DNA of 64,000 bases. Origin: a virus. A program made the position numbers and the translations under genes. This document shows positions 10,176 through 20,323 of this stretch, piece by piece; position 1 is the stretch's first letter; each line of letters begins with the position of its first letter. The notes beneath the pieces were generated by a model. The model was not told the DNA's origin and did not search any database. It was given only the letters and a program-made list of their open reading frames with translations. The stretch covers positions 1 to 64,000 of IMG/VR virus record IMGVR_UViG_3300036942_000180. The stretch is one strand, 5' to 3'.

Positions 10176-10514
10176 TTATATTTTACTGATAGCTGTTTTT
10201 ATCTCATCTTCGAATTCATCTTCAAACTCATTTAAAAAATCAAGCGATAATGCTTGATACTGTACGATATATTTTAAAACTAATTTATCTTTAAATCTTC
10301 TGATGAACCTCTCTGAAAGATACCCATTAATTGATAATTCATTCCAATCTAATTCATCCTCAAAATAGTCACACAAGAAAATCTTCTCTTCTTCATTAAA
10401 CCTTTTCCCTTTGGACGTTTCATAGAAAATTTCGAATTGTAATTTCCGTTCATCGTAATCATTCATCTTTACCTCTAATATAAATTTCTTCAATTTATTA
10501 TTCACTATAACCAC
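10176..10514 (-). CDS. Short Trp-repeat protein; N-terminal tag
   Basis: LKKFILEVKM at N-terminus; ELDW...LSERFIRRFKDKL repeat. Confidence 0.7.
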   Translation of the reverse strand: MVIVNNKLKKFILEVKMNDYDERKLQFEIFYETSKGKRFNEEEKIFLCDYFEDELDWNELSINGYLSERFIRRFKDKLVLKYIVQYQALSLDFLNEFEDEFEDEIKTAISKI

Positions 10515-10516
10515 TC

Positions 10517-11107
10517 CTATTCTTTATAAAGTTCTACACAATCTTCTATCGGAATAACGTCTGGCATGTATTTATTCCCTATCAAAAATGGAGAATTTGT
10601 GACAATGAATAACTTTTCAATCTTTCCAGTATCGAACATGCAACCTATCAGGTTTCTAAGGGTAGATATGTGAAGACTCCTTTCTGGGCAATCTATGATT
10701 ACTATTTTATCTTCCCTTTCATCCATTATATTTCCAAAGAAATTTAGAAGTTGCTCGATTCCAGAGCTGATCATCATTCCTTGGTCGATATAGTTAAATT
10801 TCAAATAATTACTGATATCGATATCCATCTTTTTTAGAAAATTATTATTCATTCTTTCTTCCATCAGTAATTTCTTGATCGATTCTTTGGAAGCTGTGAA
10901 TCTCCTGTCGTGAGGGAAATATAGTACATTATTTCCTCTACCTTCAAAATAATCTTTAACCATTTCTAATACTTTTGTCTTTCCTGTCCCATTTTCTCCA
11001 GTTAATATAATCAACTCACTGTCTAATGGAAAATGAACTGGATGCTCATCGAATAGTTCTCCTAGATATTTCATTATTATCCTCCTTTTAAAATATAATG
11101 AAACCAT
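10517..11107 (-). CDS. ABC/AAA_21-like ATPase
   Basis: Walker A GENGTGKT, SSG signature, IIDCPERSLH, VTNSP; internal KKLLMEERM. Confidence 0.75.
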   Translation of the reverse strand: MVSLYFKRRIIMKYLGELFDEHPVHFPLDSELIILTGENGTGKTKVLEMVKDYFEGRGNNVLYFPHDRRFTASKESIKKLLMEERMNNNFLKKMDIDISNYLKFNYIDQGMMISSGIEQLLNFFGNIMDEREDKIVIIDCPERSLHISTLRNLIGCMFDTGKIEKLFIVTNSPFLIGNKYMPDVIPIEDCVELYKE

Positions 11108-11137
11108 AGATAAATTAATATCTATAGTTTCATTATT

Positions 11138-11145
11138 ATAATATA
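11138..11145 (-). promoter_or_regulatory. Early-type (virion RNAP) promoter TATATTAT
   Basis: Same motif at intergenic operon starts 13113, 13964, 19941, 24240, 28478, 37163, 43247, 51355, 52294. Confidence 0.6.
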
Positions 11146-11160
11146 TATTTAATATTTAAC

Positions 11161-13050
11161 TTAACCTTCTATTTCATTTACTACTTCTTTTATGGTAGGT
11201 AAATTAAACCATTTATTCCCTATTCCAGTCCAATCTTTTGATATTAGATTGTCTACAAATTTATAGCCGACATCCTCTAGTTCTCCATCTTCATTTTCTT
11301 GATTTAATATTATCTTTCCGTATTGAGTAACTTCTGATATATTAAATGCTAGAATTATAGATGGATAAAGTGAAGATAAATCAAAGTCATTAACATACTT
11401 ATATATAAATTTAGAAGGACTACCATTTAATTCTATTCCCATAGGTTTATTCAGGTTGGGATTTGCCACAAAAGCTCCACGAAAGTGAAAGTTTTCTTTA
11501 TTATTTGAACCATAAGTTTTATTATGATTATTTGACATTATAAAACCCTGTTGTTTGTAAAAATCTCTACCTAGATTCTTAAGACAAATAGTTTTCTTAA
11601 GAGCATGAGTAATCCTTGTCTTAGTCATCATAGATATCTCATAAAGTGTATCAAAGTCTTTGTTCTTCTTCTCTAATAAATACAATAAGAATGTATCAAC
11701 CATTGAATATTTCATAAACTTCCTAAAATCTTTATAAGGAAAGTTCTTCATATTAACATTATCAGGTAGCTCTACTTTCTTGAATCCTATCTCATTTTCT
11801 GCTGTATAATCTAAAGAATAACTTTCTTTCTTGGTGAAACTTCTTAGATTAGCATATAGATTCATTTGGTCAATGAAGTTAGTATAGCTAGTAATATCTG
11901 CATATGAACTATTTCTAGTAGGTGATTGATTCCAGTGATCTGTTTTATAATATACCTTTTTGTATTCAAAATCATTAGGGCAAATAATTTCCTTTTCATC
12001 ATAATCTTTCTGTCTAATTCTGTTTATACATGTCCTGATATCAAAGGTTTGGTTCCACATTTATTCATATAAAATTATTAATTTTATATCATTAGCTTAT
12101 AGTTATTATCTATAAGATTAGACTATATCTTCAGATTGTAATCTGTTTCCTTTTTCCACTATATTTACAGTGTACTGTTAGTCGTTGAATGTTCTTATTG
12201 ATTTACAATAAGATTCACTGCTAATTATCTAATATCAATTAGACTTCCTAGCAATTAAAGAAATTTAAAGGGACCTGAAACCAGATTAAGCCCCTGCAAA
12301 ATCTGGTTTATCTGTATTAACCAATTTAAAGAAAGATGATATTAATTGAATCTCTTTATCATAGAACCTTATGTCTATTTCGATATCTTCACCGAACTCT
12401 TCCTTATAAAACTCTTTCTCTTCTTTCATAATTTCATCGATATTAGCTTCAGCTTCATCTATCAATGGATTCTCATCATTCCTGAGAAACAAACCAAATA
12501 GGGTTCTATGTTGCTCTGAGAAGTAAGACACTGCGTTCACTGGAGAAGGAGCATCTTCCTCGTCAGGAAACCCTTTAATATTACTACTATCCACCTCAAT
12601 ATCCCAATATCCTTTAGTTAAATATTCTTTACTCTTATCCCTAGGGTGATTCCTTAGAAACTTGTCTATATAATGATCCGCTATATTAACGTCTGACTGG
12701 TGGAATTGAGGGTAGAGATGTAACTTATTTAGCTGGTAATATTTTTCATTATCTAAGCAACTCTGGTAGTGTCTCTTACCTTCTTCTCCTGCTAACTTGG
12801 ACATATCTTTGAACAGATCTTTGTACTTAGATTTCTTCTTCTTACATTTTTCCTCTCTTATCTGAGATACTTGTTGCCCTTCTCTGAATTCTTTCTTGGT
12901 TACATAGTATTCTATGGTAGGACTATCGATAACTTCTTGGTGTTTCTCTCCACTATCGATATCTTTATAAACCATTACAATTTTGTCATTATCTCCCTTA
13001 CGTGGTCTAATATAATTAACATTGATAAATTGTAAATCTTTTTCGGACAA
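11161..13050 (-). CDS. Family B DNA polymerase, N-terminal half (exonuclease + motif A), spliced: 13050-12289 + 12057-11161 (552 aa)
   Basis: ExoI WDIEV; ExoII restored across the junction (DFAGA|WNQTFDI); ExoIII YSMVD; motif A DLSSLYPSII; no motif B/C, so the polymerase is split. Confidence 0.9.
12058..12288 (-). ncRNA. Group I intron (ORF-less, 231 nt) in polB
   Basis: Exon GGGGCU pairs with IGS GGUCCC via U-G; P (UUAAUUGC), R (UUCAACGACUA), S (AAGAUAUAGUC); terminal G; in-frame rejoin. Confidence 0.92.
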
Positions 13051-13289
13051 TTCACATCACACTCCCTTGGCATTTTAGTTAGTAATTTGTTGTAAACTCT
13101 TTATTCAAAAAAATAATATATGATTGAATTCGATATTAAGAAACCATTAGGAAAAATTAATTCCTAATGGTCTTATATAATCATTACTGTTTATCTAAAT
13201 ACTCTTTTAAATCATTATAATTTTCATCATTCTTAGAAGGATTCAAAAGCCATTCTTTGAATTTATCCATCTCTTCTATAATTATTTTC

Positions 13290-13317
13290 ATTATATTATT
13301 GTTAACAATAATATAAT
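13290..13317. promoter_or_regulatory. Perfect 28-bp palindrome forming a bidirectional AACA-N6-TA promoter
   Basis: ATTATATTATTGTTAACAATAATATAAT reads AACA-ATAATA-TA on both strands, at the strand switch. Confidence 0.65.
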
Positions 13318-13332
13318 AAGAGGTGATAAATA

Positions 13333-13758
13333 ATGTCTGATATTAATAAAAATAACCCTGATTTTGATCATGAATTGGAACTTATAGACGAAGAAATGGA
13401 AGAAATGCAGAAACTTTATGATGAATTAAAAGGGCATTTTGATAAATTAAAGGGAAATTATAAACACGGAACTTTAGCTTTTGTACACCAGCAAACTGCT
13501 AACTTGATTTCCCTTAGAAAAAATAAGATCGACCTCATAAAGGAAAGAGCTAGCATTAAGAAGAACATTCAAGACATCGATATTAAGCGTGAGAAGATAG
13601 ATAAGGATGTAAATGGAAAAGAGAATTTTTCCAAAGAATTATTTGATATGATTAGGGGAATTGGAAAAAAAGAAAGGAATCTAGAACCAGACATAGATCC
13701 AGAGGAAGATAGAAAATCTGAAGAAAAATTGGATAAAAGGATAGAAGAACTAGAATAG
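13333..13758 (+). CDS. Coiled-coil hypothetical protein (only clear plus-strand gene)
   Basis: GAGGTG SD, late-type promoter, convergent terminator at 13765-13822. Confidence 0.8.
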   Translation: MSDINKNNPDFDHELELIDEEMEEMQKLYDELKGHFDKLKGNYKHGTLAFVHQQTANLISLRKNKIDLIKERASIKKNIQDIDIKREKIDKDVNGKENFSKELFDMIRGIGKKERNLEPDIDPEEDRKSEEKLDKRIEELE

Positions 13759-14069
13759 TACAAAAAAAGTAATAATGAATATATTATGTAATTATAATAT
13801 TTTTATATTCATTATTACTTTTCTTATAAATTAATTCTTTTTAGTTGTTTCTAGATAATCTTTAATCTTCTTTTTAGATTTTTCTGTTAAGCAATCTAAA
13901 GACACTTTTTTACACATAACTAACACCTCCATTATTATAATATTTTTCTTTCTATTCATTATAATAATATAGATTTAAATAATCGTTATTTACGGTTTTT
14001 TAATAAAAAATAGACACTAAGGGTATAAAGCTCCTTAGTGTTATATTAATTATCTATATTAAATATAAT

Positions 14070-14474
14070 TTAATATGCGTTATCTAAGTATTCAGGGAAT
14101 ACTTCATCTAAAAATCCGGACTCTTCTTCGGTGCATTCTCTCGTTCCAATGATACTTATTATTGTGTTCTCATTATCATCTTTTACCGTATCATTTATTT
14201 TAGTTGTTTTCCAAATAAAGTCATTATTTTCAGTTTTAGACACAAAAACCAAATTATCTCCTTTTTTATCCAATAACGGAGATAGATCGATAGTATCTTC
14301 GTTAGCATCATAAATGGCTAACCTCTCACTATCTGAATTGTAAATTGAATATATCCTGTATCCAATAGCTTTCTTAGCCTTGCTCTCGTCTAGCTTATAC
14401 TTTGTAACTTCAGTGTTTTCGTTTAAAGCTGGTTCGTGAAACTCTACTAAAAAAATATTATCTTTTTTTAACAT
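14070..14474 (-). CDS. Hypothetical protein
   Basis: 134-aa ORF, GGGGG SD. Confidence 0.65.
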   Translation of the reverse strand: MLKKDNIFLVEFHEPALNENTEVTKYKLDESKAKKAIGYRIYSIYNSDSERLAIYDANEDTIDLSPLLDKKGDNLVFVSKTENNDFIWKTTKINDTVKDDNENTIISIIGTRECTEEESGFLDEVFPEYLDNAY

Positions 14475-14495
14475 TAAAATTCCCCCTAAGAATAA

Positions 14496-14657
14496 TTATT
14501 CTTTATCTTCCACTACAATTAATTTATTTTCAATGTCCATATCTACCACATCATAACTCTGTCTTAAATTACTAGCAAAGTTAGTTAACATTCTTTTATT
14601 CTCTATATAAACGGACTCTTTTCTATCTTGATCTTTAAAATGTATAATAAATTCCAT
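14496..14657 (-). CDS. Small hypothetical protein (53 aa, not in track)
   Basis: AAAGGA SD, late-type promoter at 14688-14699. Confidence 0.55.
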   Translation of the reverse strand: MEFIIHFKDQDRKESVYIENKRMLTNFASNLRQSYDVVDMDIENKLIVVEDKE

Positions 14658-14727
14658 AATTATCTTTATCCTTTCTTTTATATTTATTATATTTTTGTTA
14701 TGAATAAAGATAAAAAAAAAGAAGGAA

Positions 14728-15450
14728 TTATATTCCCTCTTTTTTAGAGTTTAGTCTCTTCTCCATTATATATCTTTTGAGTTTCATAGGATGATTTTCT
14801 TCCAAGATTGTAATGCTTGTATATAGCAATCTGTATAACTCCTTCAAATCTTCTTGACTGGTGAGCTCTTTTTTATTATTGTAATCCTTATCCATGATTA
14901 TTATATATTGATCGTTTAGATTGCTATCAGTCGTTAAATATTCATTTTCATTAATCTTTATAACCTCAAATTCATTGTTGAGGAAATGAAATAGAATGTC
15001 TACTATATCACCGAAAGCTTTCTTTAATTTTTTTCTCTTACTATCTATCACTCCAAGGATATTGATATCTGGAATACATTTTGTTATTTCTTTGAATTCA
15101 AGTTCATATCTCTCGTCATCGTCTTTGAAGAAATTAGTAAAAGGATTCAATTGACTTAAAACTTGATTCAGTATATTGATGTTGTATTCATCGTTATTAC
15201 TAACTTTAAATACAAATTCATCTATATCATCTTCCACATTCTTAATTATAAACCTATCATTCCTAAATATTAAATCATATTTAATACTTCTACCCAAAGA
15301 ATTTTTATTCATGGCATTATTAGCTATTGATTTCCAATTAATTCTATTTGGGTATATTTCGTGTAGCTCTACCAAACCTATTATGAATGATTCGTATTGC
15401 TCTTTAAATTCTTTAAATGATTTCTTTAATTTTCTTTTGGGTGTGAGCAT
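14728..15450 (-). CDS. Hypothetical protein with C-terminal tag
   Basis: LKRYIMEKRL near C-terminus. Confidence 0.7.
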   Translation of the reverse strand: MLTPKRKLKKSFKEFKEQYESFIIGLVELHEIYPNRINWKSIANNAMNKNSLGRSIKYDLIFRNDRFIIKNVEDDIDEFVFKVSNNDEYNINILNQVLSQLNPFTNFFKDDDERYELEFKEITKCIPDINILGVIDSKRKKLKKAFGDIVDILFHFLNNEFEVIKINENEYLTTDSNLNDQYIIIMDKDYNNKKELTSQEDLKELYRLLYTSITILEENHPMKLKRYIMEKRLNSKKEGI

Positions 15451-15810
15451 TTAATCACCTTCTTCTAATTTCATTTCCATTAATATTTTCTTTAATCCCT
15501 TCATATCAGTATCTTCAATGCATTTAATGGTATCTATCATAGTACTTTCAAATTTTTCTGGATCTAACGAATGTAGATAACTGTTATATTCATGAATTTC
15601 TCCTTTATCTACTACTAATAGATTTTTACCTTCTAATTTAATATGAGTATATTCCTCATATGAATAAGAACCGATATTTAATATACTTTTTTCTTTTAAT
15701 AATAAATATTTTCTTATTATTTCCATTGCATCATTCATATATTTATCATAATCATTAACAACATGTATTAATTTATTAGATAATTTAGCCGTACACACAA
15801 GTTTCACCAT
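15451..15810 (-). CDS. Hypothetical protein with C-terminal tag
   Basis: LKKILMEMKLEEGD. Confidence 0.7.
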   Translation of the reverse strand: MVKLVCTAKLSNKLIHVVNDYDKYMNDAMEIIRKYLLLKEKSILNIGSYSYEEYTHIKLEGKNLLVVDKGEIHEYNSYLHSLDPEKFESTMIDTIKCIEDTDMKGLKKILMEMKLEEGD

Positions 15811-16324
15811 CCTCTAATATTTCTTTTATATGTTGCTCAATAACAAGAGAGCAAGTGAAATCTAATTGATGGTATTCAATTCCATATTCTTCCATTAGTT
15901 CTTTCTTTTCTTTTACTATAGGCTCTACTTTGCTATAAGAAATATTATATCTTTTATCAAAATAATCAACTATAATTTGCCTTCCATCAAACTCAATATA
16001 GAAGTCAAATGAATAATCTTCTATACCATCTATTTCTATATTATATTCATATTCAATATCATTATCATCTAATAATTCTTTTATTCTTGGGATAATATTA
16101 TCTTCATGATAACTATTACAATCTAAATCAGTGCATTTTTGGAGGTTGGAGATGAATTCCTTTGGTGTAGTTTTAAATTGATGAGCTTCTTTATTAGGAT
16201 TCATTGGATCGTGAGTAAAAATTAATTCGCTTTCAAAACCATTCCAATCTTTATCGTCAAAATCATACTCTTTCCCATGCTTAAGCCACATCTTTTTCCT
16301 AAATTTATCTTTATCCATTATCAA
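15785..16324 (-). CDS. Degenerate Vsr/PD-(D/E)xK nuclease-like protein
   Basis: IKELLDDNDIEYEY...FDFYI resembles the C-terminal domains of the homing endonucleases here but lacks EYDG/QH. Confidence 0.45.
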   Translation of the reverse strand: MIMDKDKFRKKMWLKHGKEYDFDDKDWNGFESELIFTHDPMNPNKEAHQFKTTPKEFISNLQKCTDLDCNSYHEDNIIPRIKELLDDNDIEYEYNIEIDGIEDYSFDFYIEFDGRQIIVDYFDKRYNISYSKVEPIVKEKKELMEEYGIEYHQLDFTCSLVIEQHIKEILEDGETCVYG

Positions 16325-16658
16325 TTACCTCCTCTTTGAATTCATCAAAATCTAATTCAAACCTCTTAAATTTATTTATGAATCTATTCATCTCTCTTTC
16401 GTAGAAATATTCCAATGATTTTTTCAACTCATCAATCTCCGATCCCGATAGGAGTTCTTTTTCTCTAAAGAATAATTCATTATTTACATATACAAATATA
16501 TTCATTTTTCCTACATATTCATTATTACTATTAGGAGATATAAATAGATAACTCTTAAATTTAAAATTATCATTCTCATATTCATCTACATACTCAAACT
16601 TCTTTCTTTCATCTTTATTCCATTCTTTTTCTTTCCATTTAATTTTTTCCATAATCAT
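16311..16658 (-). CDS. Hypothetical protein (start likely at MIMEK)
   Basis: GGAGG SD precedes 16658, not 16709. Confidence 0.6.
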   Translation of the reverse strand: MIMEKIKWKEKEWNKDERKKFEYVDEYENDNFKFKSYLFISPNSNNEYVGKMNIFVYVNNELFFREKELLSGSEIDELKKSLEYFYEREMNRFINKFKRFELDFDEFKEEVIDNG

Positions 16659-16792
16659 TCCTCCAATTTTTGCCAACCAGTTTTTGACTCTATTTGTTGC
16701 CATACCCATTCATCAAACCAATTATCTATTAATTTTTCTTCTTCTTCACACCCCACATACCCAATTCCTGTTTTAAATCTAAATTTAGCCAT
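16655..16792 (-). CDS. Small hypothetical protein (45 aa, not in track)
   Basis: GGAGG SD; MAKFRFKTGIGYVGCEEEE..WFDEWVWQQI. Confidence 0.6.
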   Translation of the reverse strand: MAKFRFKTGIGYVGCEEEEKLIDNWFDEWVWQQIESKTGWQKLEE

Positions 16793-16795
16793 GAT

Positions 16796-17218
16796 TTATT
16801 CCTCCCATATATTATAATTTTTCCTAAATGATAATACTATTTTAGACCACTCATTTTCATCATCTATACCTTCAGGATTCAAATCAACTTCTAATAAGAA
16901 TCTTTTAAATTTAACTCTAAGGTCACTATCTTTAATATTCATATTTAGATTAATGATAAAAAGATCACTTTTATAAAAATAATACATTATTTTTTCAAGA
17001 ACTATTACTCTATAAAGTTCCTCATTAATTTTTATGAATAATTTTTCTTTTTCAAATTTCATACTATCTATTACATCATGTTCTTTAATATCTTCCTCTT
17101 CTAATAAATAACTGTTATTCATGATAGCTCTAGAGTTCTTAAGTATATATAAAAAATCTCCACTTATAAAATTATGCTTCTTTCCATCTATTAAATTTAA
17201 TTTCTCCATAATATACAA
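16796..17218 (-). CDS. Hypothetical protein with weak tag variant
   Basis: FKRFLLEVDL. Confidence 0.6.
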   Translation of the reverse strand: MYIMEKLNLIDGKKHNFISGDFLYILKNSRAIMNNSYLLEEEDIKEHDVIDSMKFEKEKLFIKINEELYRVIVLEKIMYYFYKSDLFIINLNMNIKDSDLRVKFKRFLLEVDLNPEGIDDENEWSKIVLSFRKNYNIWEE

Positions 17219-17457
17219 CTCCTGACTTATTTAAATTATGGATTTGTTTGTTAATTTATTTTTTATAAAAATTACTCTATTTATTTCTTTAATTTTAACT
17301 AACAAATATATAATAACCAACTTTTTCATATATTAATTCCTCCAAATTAATAATATGAAGCCTCAACTTTCAACAGAGTGATATTTTTTCATTCTTGAAA
17401 CCTCCTAAATATAAATAAGATAGCAATAAGGATTATCATATCCTTATTGCTATTACG

Positions 17458-17988
17458 CTATTCTATTTTTAATTCCATCAAGAATTTCTTACCTCTTTTA
17501 CCCTTATAATCAAACACTATTGAAAAATTATTTAATTCTAATATCAAATTATTTTTTCCGTTCACATTATCTGTATACATTTTGTGATAAGTTTTTTCTT
17601 TTATTAGTTCTTTTAAAAAATCTAATTCAGAGTCAGTTAAATTATCAATAAAGTAAAGAGCATAATTAGTTCCTACTTCATCTGGTTCTTTCACTAACTC
17701 GAAATATTGATAGAAGAATTGCTCTTCATCAGGTATATAAATATTTTTAGGATCAGATTCATGACCATAGTAATTTAAGTTAACTTCTTTCATTAAAACA
17801 AATACTTTCCAATAATCATTTATAGTATTATAACTATCTCCTCTTATTTCATAACCAGAAAGAAACTCTATATAATGCTCTTTTAAAAAAGTGCTCGGTT
17901 TATATTCTTCTTCAGTAAATATTCCATACAAATCATTAGGGATATTATAAATTAAGCTTCCTTTTTTAATATATCCTAAGTTTTTCAT
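17458..17988 (-). CDS. Hypothetical protein with C-terminal tag
   Basis: Ends GKKFLMELKIE. Confidence 0.7.
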   Translation of the reverse strand: MKNLGYIKKGSLIYNIPNDLYGIFTEEEYKPSTFLKEHYIEFLSGYEIRGDSYNTINDYWKVFVLMKEVNLNYYGHESDPKNIYIPDEEQFFYQYFELVKEPDEVGTNYALYFIDNLTDSELDFLKELIKEKTYHKMYTDNVNGKNNLILELNNFSIVFDYKGKRGKKFLMELKIE

Positions 17989-18005
17989 AACTAACAGCTA
18001 CCTTC

Positions 18006-18170
18006 CTAGAACTCAGTTACAGCCTTACAATTCTTACATTATAGTTTTAATTTCTCTTTTTCACTATCGGCTTTAACCTTAAATTTCTCTTTAATAATTT
18101 TATTATTCTTTCTTGGACTATTTGTTAATTTAATCTTTCTCCCACAACCTACGCATTCCATTTTTACCAT
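18006..18170 (-). pseudogene. Zn-ribbon mini-gene with in-frame TAA before the second CxxC
   Basis: MVKMECVGC...KLKL*CKNCKAVTEF*; TAA at 18039-18041. Confidence 0.5.
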
Positions 18171-18172
18171 TG

Positions 18173-18568
18173 TTATCCCTCCAATTTAATTTCCATTAAT
18201 ATTTTCTTTAATTTATTTTTATATTCATTACCGTCTTTTAGTAAATCAAAAGAAATTATATGATTATGCCAGTACAAGCAATTTTCCAATGTTTTGATTT
18301 TGTACTCCTCGTATATAGGGCTTAGATTGAGTTTTCTATTTTTCACTTCTATCTCTACGGATGGTTGTTTTCTAATATATAAGTATTTATTACCATCTTT
18401 CACTATATTATTTTCATATAATTCCCTTAAATCTTTAGTCTCGTACAACCTTACGTATCTGAATTGCGAATTATTTTCAGGATGATACATAACTTCTTCT
18501 ATCACGAAGGCAGTACTCCAGTCTATCCCATTCGATCTAGCTTCTTTTATTCTATTTATTTCCAGCAT
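18173..18568 (-). CDS. Hypothetical protein with C-terminal tag
   Basis: Ends LKKILMEIKLEG. Confidence 0.7.
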   Translation of the reverse strand: MLEINRIKEARSNGIDWSTAFVIEEVMYHPENNSQFRYVRLYETKDLRELYENNIVKDGNKYLYIRKQPSVEIEVKNRKLNLSPIYEEYKIKTLENCLYWHNHIISFDLLKDGNEYKNKLKKILMEIKLEG

Positions 18569-18570
18569 AA

Positions 18571-18702
18571 TTATTCCTCTTCGTTGTATTTTAGTTTTCT
18601 CAATTTCCCTTTACTACATAAGTGACAATCAAAATCATTCTTTTTAGCAACTACTTCAGCTATCTTTACTCCGCAATTATTACACATAAAATATTCAGTC
18701 AT
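18571..18702 (-). CDS. Small Zn-finger protein (43 aa, not in track)
   Basis: CNNC...CHLC. Confidence 0.6.
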   Translation of the reverse strand: MTEYFMCNNCGVKIAEVVAKKNDFDCHLCSKGKLRKLKYNEEE

Positions 18703-18706
18703 TCAA

Positions 18707-18973
18707 TCATCCTTCCTTATTTAATATATTTTTAATCTTTTTTAATACATTAAATTTGTTTGTATCATTTTTCACATTAAAAGACTTGACATCTATATTG
18801 TTCTCTCTCATATAAATCTTTAGATTATCGTCGCTGTCTAATTTAATGGTAAAATGTTTATTACTGTTAATTAAATCGAATTCTATATAATCTTCTTCCC
18901 TTTTGATGTTTTTAGTTAATCCCAAATAGGATAATCCTTCAGCTATGAATATTAACAGTTTTTTATAATTCAA
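18707..18973 (-). CDS. Hypothetical protein
   Basis: SD plus operon packing. Confidence 0.55.
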   Translation of the reverse strand: MNYKKLLIFIAEGLSYLGLTKNIKREEDYIEFDLINSNKHFTIKLDSDDNLKIYMRENNIDVKSFNVKNDTNKFNVLKKIKNILNKEG

Positions 18974-18976
18974 TGA

Positions 18977-19252
18977 TCATTCCTCCTCATTCAATTTATA
19001 TTCCAAGATTTCTTTTTTTATTATATTTTTAAACTCATTTAATACTTCTTTCAATTCTTCTTTTGTATATATGTCTTTTTCTTTTTCTCTTTTATAATAA
19101 TCATCTGTCAGCATTTTATCAATACTAAGTTGGATGCTACTCAATTCAATAATGGAAATTGAAAATGTTAGATAATCATAAATTAAGTCAATATCAATAA
19201 AGATATTATTATATGATCTAAAATGGTGTTTATTGATAGTAATTTCCTTCAC
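18977..19252 (-). CDS. Hypothetical protein with C-terminal tag
   Basis: IKKEILEYKLNEEE. Confidence 0.6.
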   Translation of the reverse strand: MKEITINKHHFRSYNNIFIDIDLIYDYLTFSISIIELSSIQLSIDKMLTDDYYKREKEKDIYTKEELKEVLNEFKNIIKKEILEYKLNEEE

Positions 19253-19392
19253 ATTATTATTCTTTTCTAAATCTTCTTTAAATTCTTTTATTATTAAATC
19301 TTCGGAATATATAATTTTAATTTCACCACCTTATAAAAAAATAATAGAATAAGTATATAAATCACTACTTATTCTATTATTTATATCATATT

Positions 19393-19890
19393 TTATTTAA
19401 TAACTCCTTTGTCTACTAACTCATTGATGCTTTCGATTTCATCTTCGTAGTCAGAAATTGAATTTTCGATCTCATCGATAAGTTCTGTGAAGAGATCATC
19501 ATCTTTTAAGTCAGAGAGGTTAAGTTCTTTAATTTCTTTTTGTGCTTTAAGTAACTCGAATTGACTCTCTAACTTATCTCTTTTATAATCGAATTCATCT
19601 AACTGCTTGTCGATATCAATTTTCTTTTTTATCAAAGGTTCCATAGCTAGCTCTAACTTCTTGATCAGATTCTTATAGCTTTCTCTCATGTTCTCATCTT
19701 CCAAGTTCTCTAACTTTCTCTCAAACTTTTTCTTCTTGGAATTTATCTCAATTATTTTATCGATCAATTTTTCTTTGCTGTTCTTCAAATCTTGCTCTGC
19801 CATTTTAAGCTTACTATCAATACTCAATTTCTTCTTCATAATGTCGTTTCCCTTAGCTTGAAAATAAGTTTTAATTTTCTTAATAATCAT
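19393..19890 (-). CDS. Coiled-coil protein, possibly PspA/IM30-like
   Basis: Continuous heptads; N-terminal IIKKIKTYF amphipathic helix. Confidence 0.45.
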   Translation of the reverse strand: MIIKKIKTYFQAKGNDIMKKKLSIDSKLKMAEQDLKNSKEKLIDKIIEINSKKKKFERKLENLEDENMRESYKNLIKKLELAMEPLIKKKIDIDKQLDEFDYKRDKLESQFELLKAQKEIKELNLSDLKDDDLFTELIDEIENSISDYEDEIESINELVDKGVIK

Positions 19891-19963
19891 TATCTAATTC
19901 CTCCTAATTATTTTTTATAATTTTTATTTGACTCATTATAATAATATATCTTTGATAGTTATA

Positions 19964-20323
19964 TTAAATATTTTGATATTCTTCTATAAACTTTTTATAT
20001 TCATCTTCATCTAATTTAAGATTATTAATATCTTCTTTTTCTTTTGATAAAGCGTAATCATGAGCATCTTCCGAAATATAATAATTTTGAAATAGTAAAT
20101 TCTCCCTAATTTCATGTTTAAGTATAACTATAAATATTTTTTCATTATAGTTTAATATAAATTGAGGAATTTCTATGACTGCTTTTGTTATTTTATGACT
20201 AGATTCTCTAGTATAATTTTTTGGTTCTCCTTTTTTATCATTTATTATTTTAATTGTAGGTTTTAATTCAAATTCCATATCTAATTCTTTTTCTATTTCA
20301 TTTAAATATTTATTATATTTCAT
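19964..20323 (-). CDS. Possible zincin-like protein
   Basis: HEIRE...AH motif. Confidence 0.4.
   Translation of the reverse strand: MKYNKYLNEIEKELDMEFELKPTIKIINDKKGEPKNYTRESSHKITKAVIEIPQFILNYNEKIFIVILKHEIRENLLFQNYYISEDAHDYALSKEKEDINNLKLDEDEYKKFIEEYQNI

Noticed and set aside
11161-12060. ATG starts called at 12060, 40960, 40306, 38170, 37432, 45578, 43639 and 53959 as independent genes
   Set aside because: They are exons; several ATGs are just the intron's terminal AAAUG, and in-frame splicing restores conserved motifs
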